Shown here: positions 19,665 to 29,005 of the stretch, in pieces
How positions within the stretch are numbered: the first letter of the stretch is position 1
Layout of the letters: every line of letters begins with the position of its first letter
NCBI GenBank assembly: GCA_037045585.1
Contig: JBAOIR010000041.1
Coordinates: 24,112-88,111, forward strand
Direction: 5' to 3'
DNA from: Microthrixaceae bacterium
GTDB taxonomy: Bacteria > Actinomycetota > Acidimicrobiia > Acidimicrobiales > Microtrichaceae
DNA length: 64,000 bases
Notes under the pieces: model-generated
Told to the model about the DNA's origin: nothing
Seen by the model: only the letters and a program-made list of their open reading frames with translations
Database searches by the model: none
Translations under genes and position numbers: made by a program

Positions 19665-20840
19665 TCAGAGGCCGAGGGGATCGTCCACGAGGCCGAGCCA
19701 CACCTGCGCCGCGTCGATCGCCACCTTCTGGCTGATGAACGCGTGCTGCGTGCCGGTGTAGAGGTCGCGGAACGCACGCTCGAGGCGGCTGCCTTCACGG
19801 ATCGCGGTCGTGCCGGCGGCGAGGTGCGCCCACTGGGCGACCTCCCGGGACACGTCGGTGGCATAGACGGCGGCAGCCCGGAGATCGGCGCGCATCGTCG
19901 GGGACAGGTCGGCACCCTCACCGACCGCTGCTTCGATGTCGGCGAACGTCTGCACGACGAGCAGGCGGGCCGCCCGCCACGCGCACTCGTGATGGGCGAG
20001 ACCGGATTGGAACGACGCCGTGTTCGCCAGGGTCGCCGGCTCGCCCATGCGCACCTTGCTCATCGCCAGCTCGCGCACGTCGTCGAGCATGCTTCGAGCG
20101 ACACCGAGCGCCCACGCGGCGTGGCCGGCGGCGACGATCGGCATGATGCCCATCCGGAACGTCGGCGCCGCGCCGCGGCGGCCGGTCCGGGCGAACAGGT
20201 CGAAGGTGCGGTACCCGGGAACGAACACGTCGGTCAGCTCGTAGTCGTAGGACCCGGTGCCCTTCAGTCCCTGCACGTGCCAGCCGTCGGTGAACACGAC
20301 CTCGTCGCGGGGCACGATCGCCACTCGCAGCTCCGGGATGCCATCGGCGGCCCACACCATCTCGCCGTCGACCATCGGCATGAACCCTGCGGCGATGTAC
20401 TCGCTGTGGCCGGTGGCCGAGCCGAAGTTCCACGCTCCCGTCACCTGGTAGCCGCCGGCGACGGCCGTGCCGGTGCCGTTCGGGAAGAACTGGCCGCCGA
20501 GGGTCACCCGATTGTCGTGGTCGGTGAACACCGCCTCGAAGCCGGCGTCGGGCAGGAGTGCTGCGACCGCTGCAGTGGAGGGCAGGTTCGCGATGCCGAC
20601 CCAACCGAACGAGCCGTCGAGCCGGGCCATGTCGATCCAGGTGCGGATCATGTCCTCGAAGGACGGCTCGGCGCCGCCGGCCTCCGACGGGTTGAACCAC
20701 GTCATCAGGCCGGTGTCCCACATCGCGTCGACCACGGGGGCCGTCGTGGTGCGGAGTTGCTCGCACGCCTCGGCCTCGGCCAGCACGAGGCCGGCCATCG
20801 CCGCCACCATCGCCGGCCCGTTCGTAGGTGTTGTGGTCAT
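19665..20840 (-). CDS. Acyl-CoA dehydrogenase-fold flavoprotein (likely flavin-dependent oxygenase type)
   Basis: ATG 20840 with GGGGAG upstream; 391 aa. The ACAD three-domain pattern is present (WHVQGLKGTGSYDY.., FRDLYTGTQH), but the typical catalytic-base context is not obvious. Confidence 0.7.
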   Translation of the reverse strand: MTTTPTNGPAMVAAMAGLVLAEAEACEQLRTTTAPVVDAMWDTGLMTWFNPSEAGGAEPSFEDMIRTWIDMARLDGSFGWVGIANLPSTAAVAALLPDAGFEAVFTDHDNRVTLGGQFFPNGTGTAVAGGYQVTGAWNFGSATGHSEYIAAGFMPMVDGEMVWAADGIPELRVAIVPRDEVVFTDGWHVQGLKGTGSYDYELTDVFVPGYRTFDLFARTGRRGAAPTFRMGIMPIVAAGHAAWALGVARSMLDDVRELAMSKVRMGEPATLANTASFQSGLAHHECAWRAARLLVVQTFADIEAAVGEGADLSPTMRADLRAAAVYATDVSREVAQWAHLAAGTTAIREGSRLERAFRDLYTGTQHAFISQKVAIDAAQVWLGLVDDPLGL

Positions 20841-20865
20841 GTGTCTCCCCCGTTCCTTCGCGGCG

Positions 20866-21885
20866 TCAAGCGTCGCGCACGGACCACGTCGACGCGTCGA
20901 CGAGCCGGTCCATCTCGACGTGCAGCGCCAACGTCTCGCCACGGTGGACCTCGCGGTCGAGGCGGAACATGCGGTTGCCCCAGCTGGTGTTCGCCGCGAG
21001 GGGCGAGGTCGTGAGGGTCGTCTCGTCGTCGAACTGCGCCTCGAACCAGACACACACCCCGTCGACGATCGCGTCGGCCGTCGCCGTCCGAACGATGTCG
21101 TGGCGACGGGGCAACGCGTCGACGGACACGAGCGTGGCCAGGTCGAACTCGATGACGGGCTCGGGGGTCCCCACGGTGGCGGTGACGGCTCCGGGGCGCG
21201 CCCAGAACTGCTCGAACCGGTCCGACTCGTAGGGCGCCAGCGCCGGCGCGCCCTCGGTGCCGGCGAGGTCGATGCCGTCGGGCAGTTCGATGTTGTGGAA
21301 GCGACGGACCCGCATGTCGGGACGGAACGTCACGGGTTCCATGAACAGCCGGAACCGGGAGGGCAGGATGCGACCGCCGGGGGCGAGCACCCGGTCGCGC
21401 AGGTCGAGCAGGTTCTCGAGCATGTTCTCGTTGAAGAGCTCGTCGCCCATCTGCTCGTGCAACACCACGTCGACCGGCTCGGGCGGGGTGAACTCACGGC
21501 TGTTGGCCTGCACGAACTCGACGTTGGTGAAGTCGTTGCGGCGGCCGATGTCGCGGGCGACCTCGATGAAGTCGGAGTGTTCGACGGCGTACACCTTGGC
21601 GGCGCCGGCCCGGCTGGCCATGAACGCCAGGAGGCCCGTGCCGGTCCCGAGGTCGAGCACCACGTCGCCGGGGCGCACGTTGCGGTGGATGCCCCGGTGG
21701 TAGGCGTCGACGCGGACGCCGTCGCTCAGCATCTCCTCGTGGTGGGAGAGGCCGGCGAAGTTCGTCTCGTTCATGTTGTCGTACACGAGGCTCATGAGCC
21801 GCTCGCTCGACGCGACGCGTTGCGCTCCGAAGGCGACCGCCGATCGGAGCGCCTGGTTGGTGGTACGTCGGAAGCGGTCTCGCAT
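20866..21885 (-). CDS. PRMT-like (protein arginine N-methyltransferase fold) class I SAM methyltransferase
   Basis: HEEMLSDGVRVDAYHRGI; motif I VVLDLGTGTGLLAFMASRAGAAKVYAVE; VDVVLHEQMGDELFNENML (double-E loop equivalent); LAPGGRILP; TSWGNRMF (THW-loop equivalent). Confidence 0.7.
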   Translation of the reverse strand: MRDRFRRTTNQALRSAVAFGAQRVASSERLMSLVYDNMNETNFAGLSHHEEMLSDGVRVDAYHRGIHRNVRPGDVVLDLGTGTGLLAFMASRAGAAKVYAVEHSDFIEVARDIGRRNDFTNVEFVQANSREFTPPEPVDVVLHEQMGDELFNENMLENLLDLRDRVLAPGGRILPSRFRLFMEPVTFRPDMRVRRFHNIELPDGIDLAGTEGAPALAPYESDRFEQFWARPGAVTATVGTPEPVIEFDLATLVSVDALPRRHDIVRTATADAIVDGVCVWFEAQFDDETTLTTSPLAANTSWGNRMFRLDREVHRGETLALHVEMDRLVDASTWSVRDA

Positions 21886-21969
21886 GATGACGCCAGTCTG
21901 GCCGATGGGCGCCGGCCCGCCGGATCCAGGCTCAGTCGGGCACCTGTGCCCGGCTGGGCCTGGATCGCG

Positions 21970-22765
21970 TCAGCGCGTGCGGGGCCGACCCCGCTCCCGC
22001 GACGTGAAGATCGCCTGCCCCTCGGCGAGCGCCTCGACGGTCATGGCCTTGGTCAGGAACAGGTTGCCGAGCGACTGCAGCTGCTGGGGGCTGAGGTCCG
22101 CGGGCGGCCCACACCGTCCGCAACGAGGCCTGCACCGCCTGGGGCGGGTTCGACGCGATCGACTCGGCGAGCGCGAACGCCGTGTCGAACAGCTCGTCGG
22201 CGGGCACGACCTCGCTCACGAGGCCCAACCGCAGAGCGGTCGCGGCGCTGATCCGCTCGTCGTTGCCGGTGAGTGTCATGCGCAGCAGATCGCCGAACGG
22301 CATGCGCGGCATCATCAGGATCGGTTCGAACACGGCGGGCATGCCGTAGGTCACGTGCGGGTCGAAGAACGATGCGTCCTCCGACGCGATGAGGATGTCG
22401 GACTCGCCGAGCAGGTAGAAGGCACCGCCGCACGCCATGCCGTTGACCGCAGCGATCACGGGCTTCCACAGCTCCTGGCTGCGCGGGCCGATGAACTTGC
22501 CGGGATCGTCGTAGGTGTAGGGGTCGAAGAAGAACTGCTCTTCGGTCACCGGGATGTCGCTGCGGTCGATGCCGGTGCAGAACGCCTTGGTGCCCGCGGC
22601 GGTGAGCACCACGGCCCGAACGTCGTCGTTGACCTTGATCGCCTGCCAGGTATCGCGCAGCTCGCGCTGCATGACGGTGTTGAACGAGTTGTGCTGCTCG
22701 GGCCGGTTGAGGCGCACCACCGCAACGTGGCCGCGTTCTTCGTACTCGAGGGTTTCCAGTTCCAC
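21970..22765 (-). CDS. Enoyl-CoA hydratase/isomerase (crotonase) family protein, one frame break
   Basis: GTG 22765 with AGGAG upstream. VAVVRLNRPEQHNSF..VVLTAAGTKAFCTGID..KPVIAAVNGMACGG. The C-terminus continues in another frame after about 22100 (DLSPQQLQSLGNLFLTKAMTVEALAEGQAIFTSRERGRPRTR, stop 21970). Confidence 0.8.
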
Positions 22766-22851
22766 CGTGGGGCTCCTGATGCCGATGACGGCTCGTCGAT
22801 GTCACGGTCGCCACGACGGCGCCGACCCGCCCGACAGTAGCCTCGGGCGCC

Positions 22852-23880
22852 ATGGCCACCCACCCTGAACTCGGCTTCTACACGCTCGCCGGATCGCCCC
22901 GCTCTCCGCGGGAACTGCTCGACGAGGTACGCGAGGCCGAAGCGCTCGGCCTCGGCGCCACGTTCATCTCGGAGCGCTACAACATCAAGGAGGCGTGCAC
23001 GTTGAGCGGCGCCGCCGCCGCGGTGTCGAGCGACCTTCGGATCGTGACCGGCGCCACCAACCACAACACCCGGCACCCGCTCGTGACGGCATCGCACGCC
23101 ACCACCATGCACTTCCTGTCCGAAGGCCGATTCACGCTCGGGCTGGGTCGGGGCATCGCGATGTTGCAGGACCTCTACGGCATCCCGCGTATCACGACCG
23201 CGCAGATGGAGGACTTCGTCGGCCTGATGCGCCGCCTCTGGAAGGGCGAGACGATCTTCGGCCACGACGGGCCGGCCGGATCGTGGCCCATGTTGCGGCT
23301 CGACCCCGAGTTCGACGAGGACATCCCCCTCGCCCTCGTTGCGTTCGGGCCGAACAGCCTGGCGCTCGGCGGTCGGGCGTTCGACGACGTCATCCTCCAC
23401 ACGTTCTTCACCGACGAGACCCTCCAACGCTGCGTCGGCGTCGTGAAGCAGGCGGCCGAGGAGGCCGGCCGCGACCCCGACTCGGTGCGCGTCTGGTCGT
23501 GCCTCGCCACCGTCGGCGACCACCTGCCCGAGCCGCTGCGACTCAAGAAGACCGTCGGACGTCTTGCCACCTATCTGCAGGGCTACGGCGACCTCATGGT
23601 CGACACCAACGGGTGGGACCCGGCGGTGCTCACGGCGTTCCGCGCCGATCCCGTCGTCGGCAGCCTCCTCGGGGCGATCGACCAGGTCGCGACGACCGAA
23701 CAGCTCGAACACATCGCCACGCTGCTCCCCGACGAGTGGCTCGCCCCCGCTGCGGCGGGCACCGCTGCGCAGTGCGTGGCGACGGTTCGCGAACAGCTCT
23801 CGCTCGGCGCCGATGCCGTGATCCTCCACGGCGCGAGCCCGACCGAACTCACCCCGATCGTCCACGAGTACAGCGGGTAG
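22852..23880 (+). CDS. Luciferase-like (LLM class) probable F420-dependent oxidoreductase
   Basis: 342 aa. LGLGATFISERYN.., GRFTLGLGRG and the overall LLM TIM-barrel pattern. Confidence 0.75.
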   Translation: MATHPELGFYTLAGSPRSPRELLDEVREAEALGLGATFISERYNIKEACTLSGAAAAVSSDLRIVTGATNHNTRHPLVTASHATTMHFLSEGRFTLGLGRGIAMLQDLYGIPRITTAQMEDFVGLMRRLWKGETIFGHDGPAGSWPMLRLDPEFDEDIPLALVAFGPNSLALGGRAFDDVILHTFFTDETLQRCVGVVKQAAEEAGRDPDSVRVWSCLATVGDHLPEPLRLKKTVGRLATYLQGYGDLMVDTNGWDPAVLTAFRADPVVGSLLGAIDQVATTEQLEHIATLLPDEWLAPAAAGTAAQCVATVREQLSLGADAVILHGASPTELTPIVHEYSG

Positions 23881-23960
23881 GACGACCACCCGCCCGCCGC
23901 CGGGGAGAATCCCCCATTCTCCCCCTTCGCTCGGCCCGCGGACCCGGGTAGGTTCGCACC

Positions 23961-25598
23961 GTGACGGTCACGACGGACGACGGTTGGCTCACGCACGTGT
24001 GCGCACCGACCGAGATGGGTCGGCTCGTCGCCGCGTTCGACTGGGCCTCGACACCACTCGGCGCGCCGTCGACGTGGAGCGCCGGTCTTCGCGCCGCGAC
24101 CTCGTTGTGCCTGACCTCGCGCTTCCCCATGCTCGTCGTGTGGGGCCCCGAGCTCATCCAGATCTACAACGACGGCTACCGACCGATGCTCGGCGACAAG
24201 CACGCCAACGCCCTCGGACGCCCTGCCGGCGAAGTGTGGTCGGAGGTGTGGGACGTGGTCGGGCCGATGTTCGAATCGGTCATCACCACGGCCGTGCCGA
24301 CGTGGGAGGAGTGCCAGTCGCTGATCGTCGATCGGCACGGGTACGCCGAGGAGTGCTTCTTCCAGTACTCCTACAGCCCCATCTACGACGACGACGGAAC
24401 CGTCGGCGGCGTCCTCGACGTCGTCACCGAGACAACCGCTGCCGTGGTCGCGGCACGGCGCCTCCGCTGCCTTGCCGCGCTCGGGGCGAGCGTGTCGGGC
24501 GACGGCGACATCACCGACGCGTGCGCCCGGGCGGTCGACACGCTCGGCCGGTGGCGACCCGACATCACCGGGGCGGCGATCCATCTCACGATCGACGGGA
24601 CGCTCACCACGGTCGCGTCGAAACGCGAGCCGGGAGCGCCGAGCCTGTCGCTCGACCGCCTGGCGGCCGTCGAGAGCAACTGGCGGTCCGACCGGTTGGA
24701 GGGCGAGTCGGGGCTGGTCCACCAGGTTGCCGAACCGATCGGGCTGCGGGGAGCGGGGGTCCGCGGCGTGCTCGTCCTCGACCTGGATCGACGCCGCGCC
24801 TTCGACGCCGACTACCAGGAGTTCACGGCCCTCGTGGCCGGCACCGTCAGCGGGGCGATCGAGTCGGCGTTCCAACGGGCGCTCGAACTGGGTGAGTACC
24901 GCCGCATCGCCGACACGTTGCAGAGCGCGATGCTCGCACCGGCGAGCGACATCCCGACCGTCGCCGCGCGGTACGTCCCGGCGCTCGGGCGACTCGCAGT
25001 CGGTGGCGACTGGTACGACGTGATCGAGCTCACCCCGGACACCAGGGCGCTCGTCGTGGGCGACTGTGTCGGGCACGGTCTCGACGCAGCCGCAGCGATG
25101 TCACAGTTGCGCATCGCAGCGCGATCGATGCTGTTCGACGGCCGGGACCCAGCCGGCGTGCTCGACGGCCTGCACCGCTATGCCGAGTCCGTCGAGGGCG
25201 CCGAGTGCGCCACGGTGGTGTGCGCCATCGTCGACCGGACCACCAGTGTCATCACCTATTCCCGCGCCGGCCACCTCCCGCCCCTCGTCATCGGCGCGGA
25301 GGACTCCGGGACCCGCTGGCTCGACGGCGCCGGTGGGCCCCCGCTCGCGGCGATCCGCGACTGCAAGTACGAGAACGAATCGGCAGCGCTCCTCACCGGC
25401 GATCGGCTGATCCTCTTCTCCGACGGCCTGGTCGAACGGCGCGACGAGACGATCGTCGACGGCCTCGAGCGGCTCCGGGTGGTCGCCGACGCCGCGAAGG
25501 ACCTGCCGATCCACGACTTCGCCGATCACATCCTCCGAACGCTGCGCCCCGACGGGGCCGCCGATGACATCGTGCTCGTCGCCAAGTTGAACCGGTGA
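23961..25598 (+). CDS. PAS/GAF-containing PP2C (SpoIIE/RsbU-type) serine phosphatase
   Basis: 545 aa. The C-terminal PP2C block is VGGDWYDVIEL..ALVVGDCVGHGLDAAAAMSQLR..TYSRAGHLPPL..GDRLILFSDGLVE. The N-terminus is PAS-like (FPMLVVWGPELIQIYNDGY). Confidence 0.85.
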   Translation: MTVTTDDGWLTHVCAPTEMGRLVAAFDWASTPLGAPSTWSAGLRAATSLCLTSRFPMLVVWGPELIQIYNDGYRPMLGDKHANALGRPAGEVWSEVWDVVGPMFESVITTAVPTWEECQSLIVDRHGYAEECFFQYSYSPIYDDDGTVGGVLDVVTETTAAVVAARRLRCLAALGASVSGDGDITDACARAVDTLGRWRPDITGAAIHLTIDGTLTTVASKREPGAPSLSLDRLAAVESNWRSDRLEGESGLVHQVAEPIGLRGAGVRGVLVLDLDRRRAFDADYQEFTALVAGTVSGAIESAFQRALELGEYRRIADTLQSAMLAPASDIPTVAARYVPALGRLAVGGDWYDVIELTPDTRALVVGDCVGHGLDAAAAMSQLRIAARSMLFDGRDPAGVLDGLHRYAESVEGAECATVVCAIVDRTTSVITYSRAGHLPPLVIGAEDSGTRWLDGAGGPPLAAIRDCKYENESAALLTGDRLILFSDGLVERRDETIVDGLERLRVVADAAKDLPIHDFADHILRTLRPDGAADDIVLVAKLNR

Positions 25599-25629
25599 CC
25601 GACAGGACGTCACCGAGAACAATTCCGAA

Positions 25630-26805
25630 ATGTGGGCAATCCGGTCGTTCGCGGGGTACGAACTGATCGAGATGACACAGTTCTGGTTCGTCGCGGTAGG
25701 GCTGCTGGTCGGCGTCGCGCTGTTCGGTCGGCCCCGCCGGCTCGAATCGACGACGGCTGGCGAGGTCACCGCTGCGTCCGGATCGCAGGTCCGGATCGTC
25801 GTCCCGGCGTGCAACGAGGCCGCCTCGTTGGCGAATCTGCTCGACGACCTCGCGATCGCCCGCCCCGACGGCGCCGACGTCGTGGTCGTCGACGATCGCT
25901 CCACCGACGCGACCGGTGACATCGCCCGGTCGTACTCCTTCGTCACCGTGGTGCGCGCCGACGAGCCACCGCCGGGTTGGCGAGGAAAACCGTGGGCCTG
26001 TTCGGTCGGTGCCGCAAGGGTCGCGACGCTGCCCGACCCCGAGGTGCTGGTGTTCCTCGACGCCGACGTGCGGGTCCGCCCCCGCGCCGTCGACGAGGTG
26101 CTGGCGGCGCGACGTGCCGGCGGGGTCGTGTCGGTCCAGCCGTTCCACCGCCCCGAGGGCACGGTCGAGCAGCTGAGCGCCGTCTTCAATGTCGTCTCGA
26201 TGATGGGCATCGGGGCCGGCGGTGACCGGCCGACGGGGATGTTCGGGCCCGTCGTGTGCTGCACGGCCGCGGAGTACCGATCGGTGGGCGGTCACGCGTC
26301 GGTCCGCAACGCCGTCACCGAGGACGTGGCGCTGGCCCGACGATTCATCGAGCACAACGTGCCGCTTCGGGTTCGTCTCGGCGGCGACCGGATCTCGTTC
26401 CGCATGTACCCCACCGGGTTCGCGGCGCTCGTCGAGGGCTGGACGAAGAACATGGCGACCGGCGCCGGAACGATCTCCCTGGCGCGTTCGCTCGCCGTGG
26501 CCTGGTGGGTGACGGCGATGGTGTACGCGGCCGGCCTGGCGTTCGACGCCGCCCAGGGGCACCTCGATGCGCCCGGTGCGGTCACCTACGTCCTCGCCGC
26601 CGCCACCCTGTGGTGGATGCTGCGCCGTGTGGGTGGGTTCCGCTGGTGGGTGCCCGTCCTCTTCCCCGTACCGCTGGCGTTCTTCGTGGTGGTGTTCGTC
26701 CGGTCGGTGTGGTTCACCTACGTCCGCCGCTCGGTCACATGGCGGGGCCGAACCATCGACCTCAGCGAACCGGCGACGCACGACGCGGCGGTCGAGACAC
26801 CATGA
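25630..26805 (+). CDS. Family 2 glycosyltransferase, CrtQ-like
   Basis: IVVPACNEA..L, VVVVDDRSTDAT, FLDADV, TEDVALA, plus C-terminal TM helices. An alternative start is ATG 25672. Confidence 0.75.
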   Translation: MWAIRSFAGYELIEMTQFWFVAVGLLVGVALFGRPRRLESTTAGEVTAASGSQVRIVVPACNEAASLANLLDDLAIARPDGADVVVVDDRSTDATGDIARSYSFVTVVRADEPPPGWRGKPWACSVGAARVATLPDPEVLVFLDADVRVRPRAVDEVLAARRAGGVVSVQPFHRPEGTVEQLSAVFNVVSMMGIGAGGDRPTGMFGPVVCCTAAEYRSVGGHASVRNAVTEDVALARRFIEHNVPLRVRLGGDRISFRMYPTGFAALVEGWTKNMATGAGTISLARSLAVAWWVTAMVYAAGLAFDAAQGHLDAPGAVTYVLAAATLWWMLRRVGGFRWWVPVLFPVPLAFFVVVFVRSVWFTYVRRSVTWRGRTIDLSEPATHDAAVETP

Positions 26806-27326
26806 GCGCCGGCGTGTCGGTGCTCGTGTTCTCGGCGGCGTGGGCCGGCTTCGGTTTCGCATCGGGCTGGTTGGTCAACCAGGTGCCGCTGCGGTGGCTC
26901 GACCACGATGGCCGACTGACCCGCCTCCGGGCGTTCGAGGAGCGGGGTCGATGGTACGACCGGAACCTCAGGGTGCGGTGGTGGAAGGACCGCGTTCCCG
27001 AGGCGGGCGGGTGGTTCCGCGGCGGTGTTGCCAAGGACCGGATCCGTTCGTTCCGTACCGAGGACCTCGAGCGGCTCACGGCCGAGACCCGCCGCGCCGA
27101 GTGGGTGCACTGGGCGAACGTCGGGTTCGGGTTCACGTTCGCCGCCTGGACCGAACCGCTCGTGGCCGCCGTGATGGTCGTGTTCGGCGTCGTGACCCAT
27201 CTGCCGTTCGTGATCATCCAGCGCTACAACCGCGCCCGGTTGCTCTACGTGCTCACCACGGCGTCTCGCCGGGCCCAGTCCGACCCGGCACAACCCGACC
27301 CGGCACAGCCCGCCGTCGGCTCATGA
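26802..27326 (+). CDS. CrtO-like glycosyl-carotenoid acyltransferase family membrane protein
   Basis: ATGA overlap with the GT2 stop. ETRRAEWVHW and VIIQRYNRARL match the S. aureus CrtO motifs ETKRAELIHW and IIVQRYNRPRL as I recall them. Confidence 0.7.
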   Translation: MSAGVSVLVFSAAWAGFGFASGWLVNQVPLRWLDHDGRLTRLRAFEERGRWYDRNLRVRWWKDRVPEAGGWFRGGVAKDRIRSFRTEDLERLTAETRRAEWVHWANVGFGFTFAAWTEPLVAAVMVVFGVVTHLPFVIIQRYNRARLLYVLTTASRRAQSDPAQPDPAQPAVGS

Positions 27327-28254
27327 GCCGCGGAACGGCTCCAGGAGCGGCAGGACGCCCACCCCGACGTCGCGGGTGACCGCTGCGACCTCGTCGGGGA
27401 ACCCGGCGACGTCGACACCGAACGCGAACCCCGGCGTGGCGTCGAGGGGGCGGAGGAAGTCGTCCTGGTGCATGACGATCACCTGGCGGGGGCTGAGTCG
27501 CGGGAGGATCCGGGGCAGGTACCGCTCCGTCACCTGCCGACCGGCGATGCCGCACAGGAAGTAGTCGACCTCGGCGGCCCGCAACTCGTCGTCGAGCAGG
27601 TCGGCGGAACCCTGGTGGTAGAAGGTACGCCCGGCGACCGAGATGTGGATCCCCCAGACCTGGCCACAGCAGTACGCCTGGGAGGTGAGCCCGTCGAGGT
27701 GCTCACAGGTGATCTCACCGGCGCTCGGCACCGAGCGGCCCAACACGAGCTTGGAGTGCACGCTCGGGACGAAGCGGAACTCGAACGGCCCGACCTCGTG
27801 GACCCGGTGCGGTTCGACGGTCACCGCACGGTCGGCCAGACCGTGCAGGCCCATGAGGTGGGCGGCGGAGGTGCCGCCGAACACCGTGCACCCGTCGCGG
27901 CGGGCGATGGCCGGGGCGTCGAGCGCGTGGGTCGAAGTGGGTGTGCCCGAGGAGGATGGCGTCGGCGGTCGGCACGAAGCGGTCGAGCAAGGTGGCGTCG
28001 GGACGGACGACCCGACGGCGCAACAGATCGCCGACCGGCGCCCGGGTGACGTAGGGGTCGATCAGGATCCGCGTGCCTTCGTAGGCGAGCGAGACTCCGG
28101 CGACGCCGAGCCAGGTGAGCTCGAGTCCGGGCGGGAGGTCGAGGTCGTCCGCCGTCATCGTGAGCGACGTCGCGACCTCGCGGTCGTGACGGTCGTGGCC
28201 GCGCCGCGTCGCCGCATAGGCCAGGGTCTCCCGCAGGTACTGCGCTGGTCTCAT
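27321..28254 (-). CDS. MBL-fold metallo-hydrolase, one frame break
   Basis: The N-terminus LTWLGVAGVSLAYEGTRILIDPY..ILLGHTHFD (ORF 27715..28875 frame, ATG 28254) continues as ..FGGTSAAHLM..FVPSVHS.. in ORF 27321..27884. The break is near 27900-27930. Confidence 0.7.
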
Positions 28255-28387
28255 CGCTCGCGACTCCTCCCGAGGTGCGAGCGATGAGTCTCGCAGGGAT
28301 GCGCCCGCTACCGGGCAGTCTCCCGGGCAGTCCCCCGGGCACGACCGCTGCGCCCCGGCCGACGGCCGCTCGGTCTCCCCCATCGGG

Positions 28388-29005
28388 ATGATTGCCGCAG
28401 AGGTAGCTTTGTGCAAAGCTATCTCCGTGACGTCGTCAGCCACACCACCTGACCCCCGGGTCCCGGGTCTCGAGCCCACCTTCCGCTCGCTCGACGACGC
28501 CGACGTGCCCTGGCAGCAGGTGCGCCGACAGCGCAACGCCGACGGCTCCGAGGCCGCCGTCTGGGAGAAATGGCTCGCGTTCTCGCCCGACCCCCAGTAC
28601 CTGTCGCTGTACGCCAAATACGACCCCGGCATGATCGTGCGTCGCCACGGCCACTTCAGCCCCCACCTCGTCTTCGTCATCGACGGCGGCGCCTGGTTCG
28701 GTGATCGCTGGTGCCCGGCCGGCACCCACATCGAGCTACCGCTCGGCGCCGCGTTCGGGCCGGTGCGCGCCGGCGACGAGGGCGCCGTGATGTTCGAGGT
28801 CATGATGGGCGACCCCCGATCGTGGGGCGACGCTCCCGAGCAGTTCGATGCCGCCCTCGCCGAGCACGGCGCCACACCCCTGCCCGACGTCGAGCTCGAC
28901 TACCCCGCCTGGCTCACCGACCTGCGCACCCACTGGGTCGCGGCGGGCACCCCCGAGACCGAACCCGAACCCGAATCCGACCCACTTCCACGAGGAGCGA
29001 CATGA
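28388..29005 (+). CDS. Cupin domain protein
   Basis: 205 aa (192 aa if GTG 28427 is used). Cupin beta-barrel motifs: RRHGHFSPHLVFVIDG, G.HIELP.G. ATGA overlap with the next gene. Confidence 0.6.
   Translation: MIAAEVALCKAISVTSSATPPDPRVPGLEPTFRSLDDADVPWQQVRRQRNADGSEAAVWEKWLAFSPDPQYLSLYAKYDPGMIVRRHGHFSPHLVFVIDGGAWFGDRWCPAGTHIELPLGAAFGPVRAGDEGAVMFEVMMGDPRSWGDAPEQFDAALAEHGATPLPDVELDYPAWLTDLRTHWVAAGTPETEPEPESDPLPRGAT
28404..28421. promoter_or_regulatory. 18-bp perfect palindrome, candidate operator (possibly for the operon's MarR)
   Basis: TAGCTTTG tg CAAAGCTA lies at the 5' end of the cupin-amidohydrolase-MarR operon, between the alternative starts 28388 and 28427. Confidence 0.45.

Noticed and set aside
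28311-28341. Short direct repeat CCGGGCAGTC(T/C)CC, about 2.5 copies, upstream of the MBL-hydrolase gene.
   Set aside because: It is too short and GC-rich to distinguish from chance, and no partner motif is seen elsewhere in the window.
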